A stretch of DNA of 64,000 nucleotides from Octopus sinensis (taxonomy: Eukaryota). The stretch spans positions 12,896,001 through 12,960,000 of the forward strand of contig NC_043008.1 of assembly GCF_006345805.1 (NCBI RefSeq). The letters are read 5' to 3'. The notes beneath the pieces are model-generated. The model was not told the DNA's origin. It did no database searches and was given only the letters and a program-made list of their open reading frames with translations. A program made the position numbers and the translations under genes. Positions 41,209-55,370 of the stretch are shown here, piece after piece (positions within the stretch are counted from its first letter, which is position 1; every line of letters starts with the position of its first letter).

Positions 41209-42584
41209 CTTATATATATATATATATACATATATATATGTGTTCTGAATTCACTCACAATATTGACTAAACCAAAAAATCCTATCAGTCATTCATACAT
41301 TGGCTTCACGTCCATTCTCTATATTTCTACCCAAGTTTGACACTTGCGAAAGTCTGAACCGATTATTTATCATCCCTTGTGAAATACAGACATTGGTAGT
41401 TATGCTAGTTTATTTATGAGTAAAAATTGCATCTGGTGAAACTCACAATGTACTAAAAAATTACCTAAATCTTCACACTGTATCATTTGTTATGAAGTAA
41501 AAAAAAAAGACAATAGCTGTAGTGCAAAAAGGAAAAAAATGAATAGATCATTGCGGCATAAAGTCAAAGTTACAATAGGAAAAATTTGGTAAAATGTTAC
41601 AATTTTCCACCCAACTGCATAATTCTGAATATGGCAGAAAGTTGCCAACGAACAGTCAATATATAATAAATAAGTTCTTGATAAGATATTGAGCAAGCGA
41701 TTCACACGGAGTTGCTGTTTCTTCCTTGGATCGTCGCCATAATAGTTTAGATGAGAGATAAAATTGTGTAGAACATTATAGACTCATAGTACTTGATTAT
41801 GTCGAACATCGGAGAAGTTATGTAAAATTGGCATGTAAGTTAAGTTGAGATCAGCAAAAGTTATTTATAAATATATTGCTGAAATAATCACCAGAAAACT
41901 AAGATGGAAACTTTTAATTCTCTTCTAATTTACACAGAAGGTGTACGTTTGTTTATAACTAACAACAAAGCACTGAATATATGACACTGATACTTTCGTA
42001 TCCTACGAATTTTGGTACAGATAAATTTTATTTACGTTGCTAATCCTAAAAAAAATTATACACATTGCTCCAGTGGGTCATTTAATTATATTTTGTCCCG
42101 TGCATATATGTGTGAAAACGACCCATCGATTCTGCGAGCAAGTACTCACCACCGAACTTATCCCCTCCTATCTTGATACCTTTTCTCACGTCTGTAGGAA
42201 GTACACCATTTCAATCCATGGCATCAATCAATCCTACTCCCCTTCAAATCCCCCCCCCCGCTCTTCTCACCACAAATTCATAGACATCTTAGACAGAGTC
42301 ATCGGTATCGACGTGGGCCTTCCTTCCATCCCGTCCCTTTCTCAGCGCCGATGCAACGCTATTTTCAAGCAACCCCTCTTATGGGTAATGGGTGCATATC
42401 GTTCAAAATTACCACACCTCCGACTGCGCCACGCCAACCAAACTTTATCGATTTTTAATTCGGCTTCGAACACCGTATCTACCGTCTCTTGTTTCCAGAG
42501 ACAAGAGAAACTGCTCCTTCAACAAATACCCTGATTGGTTTCAGTTCCTATCTTAAATTCACCTAATACGCATCATCAATCACT

Positions 42585-43217
42585 AAGTTTTTATTTTTCA
42601 TTCCTTCGAAAATTGCTCTTAAATCTGGTTTTTGTCGTTTTGACTGCTTCTTCTAGAGTGTAGAAATTACCTATTAAAGGTAGTTCTCTCTTGTGTTTAA
42701 ATGTACACTATCTTATATTTAGAATATGTTGTCTGTTGACTTTTTACACATGCTAGGCCACCGGTGGTGAAATTTCTAAAAGAATTTGCCACTCTATATA
42801 TTTACGAATATGATTTTAGCATTTCGAAGTTCGGTTCAGCACGTCTCACCTACTGCCGACTAAAACTGCGCTTGCGCAGTGAATTTTGAAAAATTAATTA
42901 CATATAATAATGAGTCACGAGTTATTTATTTCTAAATTATATGTTAATGTTATGGCACGGTTACTGATGAAGATTCGCCTAGCAAATTATTTTATCTGCT
43001 TAAGAAATCTGAAACCTGGGTATAACCGTAAAAAATATCAAGGTAAAAGTTTTTATTTCTCATTCCCTTCGAAAATTGCTCTCAAATGTTGTTTTGGTCG
43101 TTTTGACTGCTTCTTCTAGCGTGTAAAAATTACCTGTTAAAGGTAGTTTTCTCTTGTGTTTAAATGTACACTATTTTATATTGAGAATATGTTGTCTAGG
43201 TCACTGGTGGTGAAATT
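42585..43217 (+). repeat. Direct repeat ~170-190 bp x2 (42585-42774, 43047-43217)
   Basis: aagtttttattt.tcattcc.tcgaaaattgctct.aaat..gtcgttttgactgcttcttctag..gtgtttaaatgtacacta..ctagg.cac.ggtggtgaaatt. Confidence 0.88.
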
Positions 43218-43241
43218 ACGAATATATATATATATATATAT

Positions 43242-43593
43242 GAGTCAGATCAGGAGGAGGAGACACCCTTTGGTCATCAATGACCATGGGATTGCACCTA
43301 GAACATTACTCTCACAGGCACAAGTCCGGGCAAGGTTGTTCATGGAAGACCAGCAGTCGCCCATGCATACCGGCCTCCTCTCTCCACTCCACCAGTGTAA
43401 TCCAAGGGAAAGGCAAAGGCCGATACAGCTTGGCACCTGTGACGTCGCAACTCACTTCTACAGCTGAGTGAACTGGAACAACGTGAAATAAAGTGTCTTG
43501 CTCAAGAACACAGCACGCACCCCGGTGCAGGAATCGAACTCACAACCTCACGATCGTAAGCTCGACGCTTTCACCAGTGAAACATGCGCCTTC
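43242..43593 (-). mobile_element. tRNA-derived SINE family D, full length
   Basis: Minus head gaaggcgcatg..gtgagttcgattcc (B box); body matches 22549-22887. Confidence 0.88.
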
Positions 43594-43656
43594 TGCGATA
43601 TCGTAGATTTGATTTCCACACACACACAGACACACATATACATATGTATATATGTG

Positions 43657-43728
<72 letters not shown>

Positions 43729-44529
43729 AATTACGCACACGCAAATAGACACATGTATATTAAATAGTGAGCAACTTACAAATTTCACCTTATGAATATT
43801 CAGACACATTAAAACGTAGACGAATTAATGAAATTAGATATTTGATATTATGCAAAGTTTATTTAAACACTCAGCCGCAGAGTTTACTTTCGTTGCAAAC
43901 ATAAAACCAACAGGAAAATGTATGTTCAGGTAGAAACAAGTTATGGAAACACCGAATTCGTTTAGCTGAGTCCCAAGGCAACAGATCTTCAGGAGTAACA
44001 TAAATGAAATGGATATATGTATCATCTCATTGCATAGATTACTGAACGCCTTGAGACAAAATGCAAATTTAACTGCATAATGAGGAAGGCGAAATTCCCT
44101 AATGTAATTAATACTATTCTGTGACCAAGGGTTTTTATGCATAACTACAGTTTCAAATACTTTTCACCGAATTTGTTTCCTCATAAGGCTCTTGATAATG
44201 TATATATTTTTGAACGAAATATGGCCGTAAACTATTTTTTAAAGTGTCCATGGCGATTATGTTAATAATTGTTTATTTTTGAGATTTGTAATGTTTTTTT
44301 TTTTCTCGTAATCATAAAACGGGTTCGAATGTTTTAAGCATTCAATAAATTCTTCACGATAGTACTGCACGAACAAAATCTATATTAATGTCTTATTGGT
44401 ATTATTCAATATTAACACGAAACTGAAAAAACACGTTTAATGTTTATACATGGTTTTCGATGACCAAGATCAACTCATAGAATGCTTTGATCTATTTAGA
44501 CTTGTCGTTTAAATATATTAGACGACAAG

Positions 44530-44890
44530 GAGAAGAAGAAGAAGAAGACGAAGAAGAAGAAGAAGAAGAAGTAGATGAAGAAGAAGAAGAACGAGAAGAA
44601 GGAGGAGGGGGAGAAGGAAGAGTAGGAGGGGAGGAGAAGAATGAGAAGGAGGGTGAGGAGGAAGAGGAGAAGAAGAAGAAGAAGAAGAACGAGAAGAAGG
44701 AGGAGGAGGAGAAGGAAGAGTAGGAGGGGAGGAGAAGAATAAGAAGGAGGAGGGGAATAAGAAGGAGGGGAGCAGGAGGAAGAGGAGAAGAAGAAGGAGA
44801 AGAAGAAGAAGAGGAAGAAGGAGAAGAAGAAGAAGAAGAAGAAGAAGGAGAAGAAGAAGGAGAAGAAGAAGAAGAAGAAGAAGAAGAAGC
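44530..44890. repeat. (GAA/GGA)n purine tract
   Basis: Direct reading. Confidence 0.95.
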
Positions 44891-46537
44891 TACATAAGTT
44901 ATGGCTTAGTGTATTCAACGCTAACAATAGATGTTGCGACTTACCAGTAAAATCTCAGATTTCATGGTTATTTGGAACACGGGTTAAAATCAAGTCTGCC
45001 CATAGATATTTAAATTGATTTTTAAAGGTAAGTATTTAGTAATTGATTGTAACAAAATAATCGAGAAGCTAATGCGATTGGTATTGGTAGTGATGTTAAC
45101 GACTGCATTGTGGTTGGTAGTAGTGGTTTTGGTGGACGGAAATGCGCATGAGCGGAAATATAATGAGTCGGGATGAACAAAGTATTGAGAAAAACATTGA
45201 AGGTAAAAAGTTTTTAAACTTGTAAGAAAATAACAAATGGGGAAGTTAAATAAATTGAGAAGAGAGGAAGAAGGAAGCGAATTGACTGTTGTTAGATAAC
45301 AATTGAAGATGAATTGGTAAAAACAGCAATAGGAGCATGAAACACGTGAAAATGAATTTAAATGAGACGATGAGAAAATGAAAAATGGATTCCTGTTGGA
45401 GAAAAAAACAGAAGAGCGAACTACATTTGAAGTGAAATATAAATTTTTAAAAAAATCAAGAGGCATTTCCAGCAAAATAGTTTAGAATATTAGCAAAACC
45501 TTAATGCTAAAAGGAATTGAGAAGTGATGTGTGTTTGTGTGTGTGTGTATTAAAGAGAGTAATTGAAAGAGAGATACGAATTTAGTTAGAGAAATTAAAT
45601 TACGTGAAAAAAATTATATAAACTAAACCAAAGGAATTGAAGTCAAACGATATATTAAACTGTCTTGAAGCTAGGAGACGTTTAGATCGTTTTTTCTACG
45701 GGTGGGTGTAACCAGTTTGTGGTGTTATTGCGAATTAGTGTAATACTCTGTAATTAGCTTTCAATTATGGCCATTGAAATGGGAGACACGTTTGAATGTT
45801 GCCAAAATTGCGGGGGAAAACTTGAAAGTCTTTGCTTAAATAAAGCGCTAGCGATTCTCTTGAGATTCGTCATCAACGCATTCGTCCCACGTGTGTTTTA
45901 TCACGTTGAACTTCTTGGGAAGTGACGCTGGTTGGATAAAAATAATATACAGGAAAAAGAGATTAAACAGAAAAAAAATTAAATACAGAAATATTATTTT
46001 ATTTTTTTTTTTTACAAAATTCAAAGTAAAATGAAAGATACACAGATAAAGAAATAGAAGTAGAACTTCATAATGAACGGGTTTTTTTTAAAACTCTGTT
46101 TAACTCTGTAGAGACGATATCCCTCATAAAATGCATTACGTTGTAAATCAATAAATTACTAGACAATTTTAGAAAAATAAATATTTTCTGTTATTTTCAT
46201 AACAAAGTTGATCTTTGGAAGAAAATTTTTCTTACGTAAAATTATGTGACAAGGTATAAATCAATTTATTGATAACTACCATGTATAAATCGACTCAAAT
46301 TTGGAGAAGAGGGTTATAGACAATTAGTCCGATTCGTGTAAATAAACTCTACTTCATTTTATCAATATCAGAGTTGTACAATTCAAAGTGAGCGTCAGTT
46401 AAGTTTGAACTGAGAAGGTAAACTTGCGAATCTTTGAAAGTTCAAGTGTCACTGGTTAAATTCAAATATCAAAAACATTAAAATAAGAGGGATTTTCATC
46501 CAATAACTGCAAAAAGTCTCAGGGAGTACATATATAT

Positions 46538-49500
46538 CACAAGGACCACTCACCCATTACCAACTTCCCTTACCTCGACATTCCTGTTAAATGTACGTGG
46601 CATCAACCCATCAATTATTGCCCAAAAATGGAAGATCCCATATATAGAGAGTTGGCTTGCCGAAATGGCACATTGCTTCCCTTTCTTTATCCTTACCGAG
46701 ACTCACTTGAACAACACCCATATGGACGCCGAGGTGAAAATAAAAGATTTCACCATTGTTCGTGCGGATCGCACAGACCGAAATAAGGGAGGGACAGCCA
46801 TCTTTATCCATGACTCCTTTTCACTTGATGCCAAGGACACATTTTCCAATGGCTACTGTGAATCGGTATCAGTATACAACAAAGCCAAGGACATAACCAT
46901 TGTTGGTCTTTACAGGCCTCCCCAGGCACCTCTAAAGTACTTTGAAGAGTGCCTTAGCAAAGTCAAGTCCTTCCTTCGGAAGTACCACTCCGGAAACATA
47001 ATAGTGATGGGTGATTTTAACCTCCCTCATGTGAACTGGCCCACAAATACTCCGAAGTTAGGCAAGTGCTCTACATCAGATAGGGCAGCAGCAGAACTGC
47101 TCTTTAATCTGATGGATGAGTATTTCCTGACTCAGCTAGTGCTTGAACCAACGAGACAGAATAAAACGATCTTGGATCTGGTACTGACCAATCACTCTAG
47201 CTACGTTCACAGCATTTCAGTCGAAAAAACTCTCCTCTCAGACCACGACATGGTACTCTGCAATCTTAATTCCCGACGTATAAAAACCAAACCAGCCAAT
47301 CCCACTCCATGGCACCCATTTGACAACATAAATTTCCACAAAGCGGACTGGGGAACAATCAGAAAGGATCTGTCTTCCATCAACTGGTCTTTTACTCTCA
47401 ATTCCCCTCATATTGAGACCGCGTGGCAGCACTTTGAAACCATTGTCACCGACACATGCTCTAAACACGCTCCCAAGAAATCTACTAACACAAACAGAAA
47501 CCGGCTCCCTAAAAAGAAAAAAACACTCATCAGGCGCATCAAAAGACTCAACAAAAAAATCAACCAATTAAAATATTCCCACACGCAACATCCACATTCA
47601 ACAACAATGAAAAGACTAGAGCTGGAAAAACTTCATCTGCAGACTAACATGAAAACCTCCATTGAAAATCAAAGAGCTGTGGAGGAACAATGGGTAATCA
47701 AAAACATCAAACAGAACCCAAAAGTGTTCTATTCTTATGCAAATAAGCATAGAACCACTGTCTCACCTATTGGGCCATTGATTGATGAAAACGGCATTCC
47801 CCAACACGATGCTAAAGAAATGGCAGAAATACTGCAGAAACAATATTGCTCTGTCTTCAGTGTTCCCACTGATATTGATGTGAGGGAAACGAACGAAGCT
47901 GACTCCCAACACAAAATTGCAGACATAACCTTCACTGCCACCGACATCGTAGCAGCAATAAATGAGGTCAAACATTACTCTGCTGTAGGCCCTGATAGAT
48001 TTCCCGCCAGTCTCCTGAAGGAATGTAGATATCAACTTGCAGTACCTCTGACCAACCTCTGGAGAAACTCGTTAGACGCAGGTTATATACCGAAAAAGTT
48101 TCTATCCCAGTCGGTCATCCCGGTTTTCAAACAGGGAAACAGATCCCTCGCAGTCAACTATCGCCCAATCTCACTCACCTCCCACATCATTAAAGTGTTT
48201 GAAAGAGTGTTAAGATCAAGGATAGCTGACTTCCTGGAGACCCACAAACTCCTAAATTCAAATCAGCATGGCTTTCGCTGTGGCAGGGGCTGTCTAACAC
48301 AGCTCTTACACCACATTGAAGATGTACTCAAAGCCTTGGGAACAGGTTCGAACTCTGACGTCATATACCTTGACTTCAGTAAAGCGTTCGACAGGGTAGA
48401 CCATAACATCCTACTCTCAAAATTGGCAAATGTTGGAATCCGTGGAAAAGTTCTACACTGGATTAAGTATTTCCTAGCGAATAGAACACAACATGTTGTA
48501 GTTGATGGAGTCCACTCAAACCCAGCAAAGGTCACCAGCGGTGTTCCCCAGGGAACTGTTTTGGATCCGCTACTCTTCATAATTTATGTAAACGACCTTT
48601 CCAGTGTCGTACATCACTGCAAAGTGAAAATATTCGCTGATGACACTAAGCTCCAGCAAATCGTCAATGAAGAAGCAGACCGAACTCAACTCCAGTCTGA
48701 CCTATATGCTGTGAGTCAATGGGCAGACAGAAACAAAATGCAACTGAATGAGGAAAATTTGAGCTGATGCATTTTGGAAGAAATTCCTCACTAAAACAAC
48801 CATACTCTCTTCCTTCAGGGGAACCGCTCACAGCCTCTAACAATATCAGAGACCTGGGTGTAATTGTTGATGACGATCTCAGTTGGAGTGCACACATCAA
48901 CAAGAAGGTCGATACAGCTCGTAGGATGAGTTCCTGGATCTTAAGAACTTTCCGGTCCAGAGAACAAGGTGTCATCATACCACTTTTTTCCTCCTTTGTA
49001 CGGCCACACCTTGAATACTGCTGCCCACTGTGGTCTCCTCACACAAGACAAAACATCTCCAGAATTGAGTCACCCCAGAGGGCTCTCACTAAACAAATTG
49101 AAGGCATGGCTGCTCTCGACTATTGGGATCGCCTTAAAGCCTTGAAACTTTACTCGCTCCAGCGTCGCCGTGAGCGGTACATCATTTGTACGATGTGGAA
49201 AATATACCGCCAACTTTGCCCAAACGACCTAAACATTAGCTTCATGGTTCATCCGAGACTTGGACCACGGGCTATACGTCCCCTGCCAAATTCAAGATCA
49301 CAACATACATGTACACTGCAACATAATTTCTTTTCCTCAACAGGCCCTGTCCTATTTAACATTGTCCCGAGGGAGATCAAAGGGGAAAAGGATCCCATCA
49401 ACTTCAAACAGAGTCTGGATAGATTCCTTCAAAGAATACCAGATAAGCCACCCATAATTGGATACAACTCACCCAACAAGAACTCACTACTTGAACAAAA

Positions 49501-49650
49501 CTGGATACAACTCACCCAACAAGAACTCACTACTTGAACAAAACTTGACTTAAACAGGATTCGAATAATCCTATCAGGTGGTGCTATTAAGTTAGACATG
49601 GCCTGGACCAATCTCTGGTCTAAACATATCTAAGTTTTATCTAAGTTTTA
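46538..49650 (+). mobile_element. CR1/L2-group LINE, 5'-truncated just upstream of ORF2
   Basis: APE+RT ORF2, short 3' UTR with hairpin GACCA-atctc-TGGTC, tandem tail (ctaagttttat)2, apparent TSD (a)tatatat at 46530-46537 and 49650-49657. Confidence 0.92.
46581..49537 (+). pseudogene. LINE ORF2 (APE endonuclease + reverse transcriptase), frameshifted at ~48754-48757
   Basis: Frame is open upstream of the annotated ATG (FLLNVRGINP). Motifs TETHL, YRPP, GDFNLP, ILDL, SDH (APE); YRPISLTS, QHGFR, YLDFSKAFD, GVPQGTVLDP, FADDTK (RT); RPHLEYCCPLWSP..LYSLQRRRER (CR1-type C-terminus). Adding one A to gaggaaaattt gives QLNEEKFELMHFG and joins the two ORFs. Confidence 0.92.
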
Positions 49651-50394
49651 TATATATGTATGAAGGATTTAGAGGAAAAATACGAAAGCGAAATGAAGTA
49701 TCGGTCGGTGGTGAGCTGAATATCTTCGCAAACATACAAATATCCGACACATTCCTAGTTCTGCGAGTACACCAAAAATGATTTGTTCTCGGTCGTCAAT
49801 ACGAGGACAAAGCATTTATTACCTTCAAAACTAATGAGCCATTAAATTCGATGCTCAAATGAATATATTAATTATCATGAAAGACTGGGTCAGTATATGC
49901 ACTGGATCGTATGCCGTAAGTCTGGACTCGCATATGAGAAGGATTGGTGGGTATATAAGCTTACCTGAATAGTAGAAAATGCAGATATCACAGTTTTTGT
50001 TAGACTTTAGTATTTACGCTTATCATTCTATTCAGTCCAAAAGACCAGATATTGTGGCTAAAGCATTAAATTGAGAATAAATGGCAGCCCGTACATGTGT
50101 CAATTCTAGCAAACTGCTATTCTTATATGAAAGCATTTGGAAAGTTTGTGCACATGAAATAGAGGTGTAAAAGATGTCACATCTAAAGAACAAGTGCAGG
50201 TGTGATCATCGGGGCTTTAGAAGATAATACCATCTATAAAGCCATTAAACGACATGGCCAAATTGGAGAAAGCAAAAATATCTGAAGAACGAAAACTCTT
50301 GCTTAATACAATAAAATATCCAACTTGCAGTTAATTGAGGTTTGAGGATAAAAGTCGGAACAACTCGCATTAAAACAAAGCAACAACGAACTAA

Positions 50395-50430
50395 AATAAT
50401 AATAATAATAATGATAATAATATAATAATG

Positions 50431-50473
<43 letters not shown>

Positions 50474-50785
50474 CAACAATAATAATAATAATGAAAAGGA
50501 AAAGAAGAAGAAGAAGAAGAAGAAGAAGAAGAAGAAGAAGAAGAGAAGAAGAAGAAGAAGAAGAAGAAGAAGAAGAAGAAGAAGAAGAAGAAGAAGAAGA
50601 AGAAGAAGAAGAAGAAGAGTTTCAACTTTTGGCACGCCGCGAGCAATTTCCTGAGAGGCGGGGTAAAGGGAAAGGATAAAAAGCAAAGTCGATCCCGGCA
50701 CAAAATGGAACCCAGAACGTAAAGATGGACGAACTAATGCTAAGCATTTTGCCCGGCGTGCAAAAACTATTCAACCAGTTCACCG

Positions 50786-50824
<39 letters not shown>

Positions 50825-50847
50825 TAATAATAATAATAATAATAATC

Positions 50848-50883
<36 letters not shown>

Positions 50884-50934
50884 GTAATAATAATGATAAT
50901 CATAATAATAATAATAGTAATAATAATAATAATG

Positions 50935-50970
<36 letters not shown>
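50395..50970. repeat. (TAA)n/(GAA)n block with a degenerate SINE B (minus, ~50615-50790) inside
   Basis: Direct reading; aaagtcga..gaacccagaacgtaaag..gctaagcattttgcccggcgtgc. Confidence 0.85.
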
Positions 50971-50972
<2 letters not shown>

Positions 50973-52639
50973 TGAGAGTGGGATGTTTGCAACAGAGCCA
51001 TTATACTCACCTCTAGTTTTGACATTTCAGCTCTAATTTGCGGCATATATGTTATTTTTCTAGTAAAAGCAATAATCCTTTGTACAATTATCGGATTATT
51101 ATTGTGCCTAATTGTTCTGGGAGCTTGATACTCTGAGTGGAGAATATTAGGGGCAATGATTCTTATACTCCTATTGAAAAGTTGAGAAATTGCTTTGTTT
51201 TATGTCGTAGATGTCATCTGGGAATTTCTAACACACCTAGAACAAAACAGATATGGAAAGCAATAATGGATCCTAAGCATCGTTATGTTTGTCAGTGAAA
51301 TTTCGAAGGGAAACCGTCAGGTGCAACAGTTCGGCTGTTGTAGCCATAAAACGTAATACATTTGTAAGTGTAGTTATATCACATTTACATTTGTTTGAAA
51401 GAGTGGCTGTTTTTATATCCAATTGTAATAATGGCGCTATAATTTGAGGCAGCTTTTACCTAGATGAAAGCTGTACCGGTGATAACTTAGCTATTCACTT
51501 ACTTCAAGGAACATAATCTCTTTGATAATTCGTTCTCTAGAATGGAAACCCAACATTGTTAGGAAGAGCTAATAAACCGGATACTATATACGTTCTTTTA
51601 TGGCATATTACATCTTCCTTTAGGTGTTTTTGAAGCTTACCACTTTCAAATGCTTGTTATTTTTATATTCACCAGTTTGTGGGGACGTTGCCATAATCTC
51701 TTCTGAACCTCATAGAACTGTGATACCGATTCAATTTGATTATCTGTCGATCGATCTTTGTAGTTAAGATGTAAGCGGTGTGTTCTGCCAAGACTAGATT
51801 GTGGATGAAAACCATAGTGACGTGTTCGCAAATAGCCAGGTAAAAGAATTATTAAACGTATAGCAGCGAGCAAAAGAGGTTCGACACCCAGCTAGTAAAT
51901 TGCAGAAGACGAATCACTTATTGTGGAAGACTTATAGGTTTAGAAATATTTGTTTATATCAATATGTGTGTCGTAATGTTAAACAGGAAGTTGGTGCTTG
52001 GTAAACAGAAGCAAATCCATGTAAAATCCAACTGAGCCTTGAAGTATAAAAAAAGGGGAAAATCCTGAGATATGTATTGTATAAGACTAAAGACATGCAA
52101 CATAACTATTGCTGATGCCAAAGTCAAAAGTCCAAATGTTTTCGATTGCAACTCGTACACAAAAGTTTTATTGGTTACAGGCTTCTAGTGGCTTAATCAT
52201 AGGCGCACTATTCAATCATGGGGAAAAGATTACCATACATGATGATTGATCAAACAACTTCAATACAGATGAGAAGAAGAGAGGACCAGTTAGTTGGTGT
52301 GAATTCGGGTGCCGAATTCAGGTTACCAATGAGTGATATTGTAATTCTTTATAGAACTCATATGAGGAATGCATTTTCTTCGATGATGTCGTTAATAAAT
52401 ATCTCTCGTCTTTTACTACAGCGCCACCTTGAAGGTTTCTAGTCGAAACAAGTAAATCCTGAGGCTAGCATTTATCTTTAAGTCTGATACATAGGTTGTA
52501 GACTCTTTTCACGAAACCGTACGTTAGGGGTGCATAAACAACCCATCGTCAAGTAGAATGTGGAGGCAAACAGAGACACAAAGATACACACACACACTCA
52601 CACATATGTATATATGTTATATATATATTTGAGCTTCCT

Positions 52640-52992
52640 TCCTATCCGCATGGTTCCAGGATTTGGGCAAATGTCTTCCTGTATAGCCTAAGGCCGACCA
52701 AAGCCTTGTGTGTGGATTTGTTCGATGGAAGCTGAAAGAAGCCCGTCATTTATATATATGTGTGTGTTGTGTGTGCATGCATGTATGTATATATATGTAT
52801 ATATAAATGTATATAGATATATATATATTTATATATATTACATATATAATATATATATATATTATATATATTATATATATAATAAAAATATATATATTAT
52901 TCATACATATATATATATATATATATGTATGCATAGGCGATGTTCCAGCATGGCCGCAGTCAAACGACTGGAACAAGTAAAAGAATAAAAGA
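52640..52992 (+). mobile_element. SINE family A, internally deleted and microsatellite-expanded
   Basis: ttgggcaaatgtcttc..ggccgaccaaagccttgtg..gaaagaagcccgtc and tail ccagcatggccgcagtcaaa.gactggaacaagtaaaaga. Confidence 0.8.
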
Positions 52993-53143
52993 ACACACAC
53001 GCACACACACACATATATAGTTTAGGACAATCAATAAGTTGTCATTATAGTACTCAGAGTTTCAAACCCCGGAGGTAAGAGCTACGATGCATTCTCATCG
53101 GTTGTTAATGGTAACAGATGCTTTAAAAACCGTGTATTATTAC

Positions 53144-53208
<65 letters not shown>

Positions 53209-53213
53209 TTATT

Positions 53214-55370
53214 CAGTAGTTTTATTTTTATAGCGTGCTTTCACTTCACTACCGAGCGCAGCTCTGTGTGCCTTGGGTATGTGCTGTGATTTGTTGTGAT
53301 GCTCTGATGGTTATTGTATGGAAAGTGTTCTGCGTAGGATGTGTGCAGTGCCTAGTAGTGCAATTTTCTGTATGTTATATGTGTTTGTAAGTCCTGGTGT
53401 TTTTGTTATGTATTTGTCTGAATATTTTTCTATCATGCCTAATGCACCTATTATGATAGGAATTGTTTCTGTTTTCAGGTTCCACATTCTAGTTACCTCT
53501 ATTTCCAGGTCTTTGTATTTTGAGAGTTTCTTCTCCATTTCTTTTAGAGACACGTTATCATCTGCCGGTATTGATACATCAATTAGAAAGCATTTTTTTT
53601 CTTCATGATCTCTGACAACTATATCTAGTCTGTTGGCCTTAATTTCTCTATCTGTGTGTATCGGCATATCCCAGAGTATGGTTGCTTCTCGTTTTCTGTG
53701 ACCTTTTCTGGTGTGTGCCTATACCATCTTTTTTCTGTTGTTATTCCATAATGTTGGCATAGCTTGCAATGTATGTAGGTTCCAACTCTGTCATGTCTGT
53801 GAATATATTCCTTCTTAGCCAGGACTGGGCAGCTAGAGATATATGATTTATTGTTTCTTGTCATCTCCACATATTCTGCAGTTACTTGTAATATTTCTTT
53901 TCATTACATGTTTTTGGTAATTTCTGGTGGGGAGGCTTTGGTCTTGTGCTGCAATTAAAAATCCCTCTGTTTCTGCTTTGAGTCCTGAGCTTCTCAACCA
54001 TTGCTGGGATTTTTCTTTGTCTATTTCTTTTGCGTTTAGTTTAGTGCACTATTTACCATGAAGGGGCTTTTCTTGCCATCGTTTTATCATGGCTTGTTGC
54101 TGTTCTATTTTTAGTTTGGATTTCATTTGTTTTATAGCTTTTGTTGTTTCTTCTTCATTATCTTCTTCTTCTTCTTTGTGTTATTAGGTGGTATGATTTC
54201 TTGTTTGTATTTGTCAGCTTCCTTAAATACTGAAAAAGTTTTTTTGTTTTGCTCGTGTTTTGGCTGCTATCTGGATCAGTTTTCCTTCCTTCTGAAGTAA
54301 TTTTTTTGCAGTCCTATGGTGGTTATTTTAATAGTTTTCCAGCTGTATAAGGCCTCTACCACCTTCTATACGTTGATATATAGTCTTTCTATGTCAGATT
54401 TTGGGTGATGCATCCTAGATCCTGTCGTATTTTTCTTGTTTTCCTATCTATTCTGGACAGTTCATTTCGTGTCCAGTTAAGGATATTGTAGCTGTAACTT
54501 ATAACTGGGACAGCTAAGTGTTGATACCTATTATCTTGTTTTTAGCATTGAGCTCTGTTTTTAGTATTGATCTAACTCGTCTATAATATTCTTTTTTATT
54601 TTCTCTTTCATTTGTGTGTGTTGTGTCTTATCTAGTTCATGGATTCCTAAGTATTTGTAAGTTTGGCTTTGGTCTAATTCTTTTATTTCATTGGTTTTAT
54701 CTAGTGTGATGTTGTTACTCTTAACTATTTTCCTCTTTTCATGGTTACTTTGGCGCATTTTTCTAATCCAAATTTCATATCTATTTCTTTGGTAAATCCA
54801 TGAACTGTCTTTAATAGTGTTTCCAGCTGTTTGTCATTTGCAGCGTATAGTTTTAGGTCATCCATATATAAAAGGTGGCTGATCGTTTGGCCGTAACATT
54901 TATATCCGCATCCAGTTCTATTTAGCATATCATAGAGGTGACAGTGCCAAGCAAAAAGGAGTGGAGAGGCGTGTCTCCCTGGAATATTCCTCTTCTAATG
55001 GGGATGTCTTTGGTTTTCATGAGTCCCTCTTTTGTTTGGAGGTGCAGGACTGTTTGCCATTTATTCATAGAGTGTTCTATGATTTTATGATTGTTGGTGC
55101 TACTTTGTTAATGGCTAGTGTTTCGAGGATGCATGTGTGGGGGATGCTATCAAACGCCTTTTTGTAGTCAATCCAGGCCATACTGAGGCCTTTCTTCTTT
55201 CTGTGGCTGTCTTCAGTTACGGCTTTATATAATCATTAGTTGATCTTTACAGCATATGAGCCTTTGCGGCATCCTTTCTTCTGCTCTTCTGGAACAGTTT
55301 GTTTTCGTCCAGGTGCTTGTTCAGCCTTTGCGATATCACTGCAGTAAATGCCTTGAACATAGTAGGGAGG
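53214..55370 (-). mobile_element. R4/Dong-type RLE non-LTR retrotransposon, 5'-truncated within RT, several frameshifts, in (TAA)n
   Basis: RT: LPTMFKAFTAVISQRL, AWIDYKKAFDSIPH, RRGIFQGD, HLLYMDDLKLY, KFGLEKCA. Zn-knuckle region CPVLAKKEYIHRHDRV. RLE: NRLDIVVRD..CFLIDVSIP..KE.EK..KYKDL..PIIIGALG..QKIALLGTAHILRR. (TAT)n on both flanks. Confidence 0.92.

Noticed and set aside
49595-49632. CR1 3' UTR hairpin followed by TAAAC as an HHR
   Set aside because: No CUGANGA core; better explained as the 3' stem-loop typical of CR1/L2 LINEs.
51641-51694. Possible minus-strand coding exon MATSPQTGEYKNNKHLKV ending at a GTAAGC donor
   Set aside because: Too short, no recognisable homology or partner exon; expected by chance. 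Needs RNA-seq.
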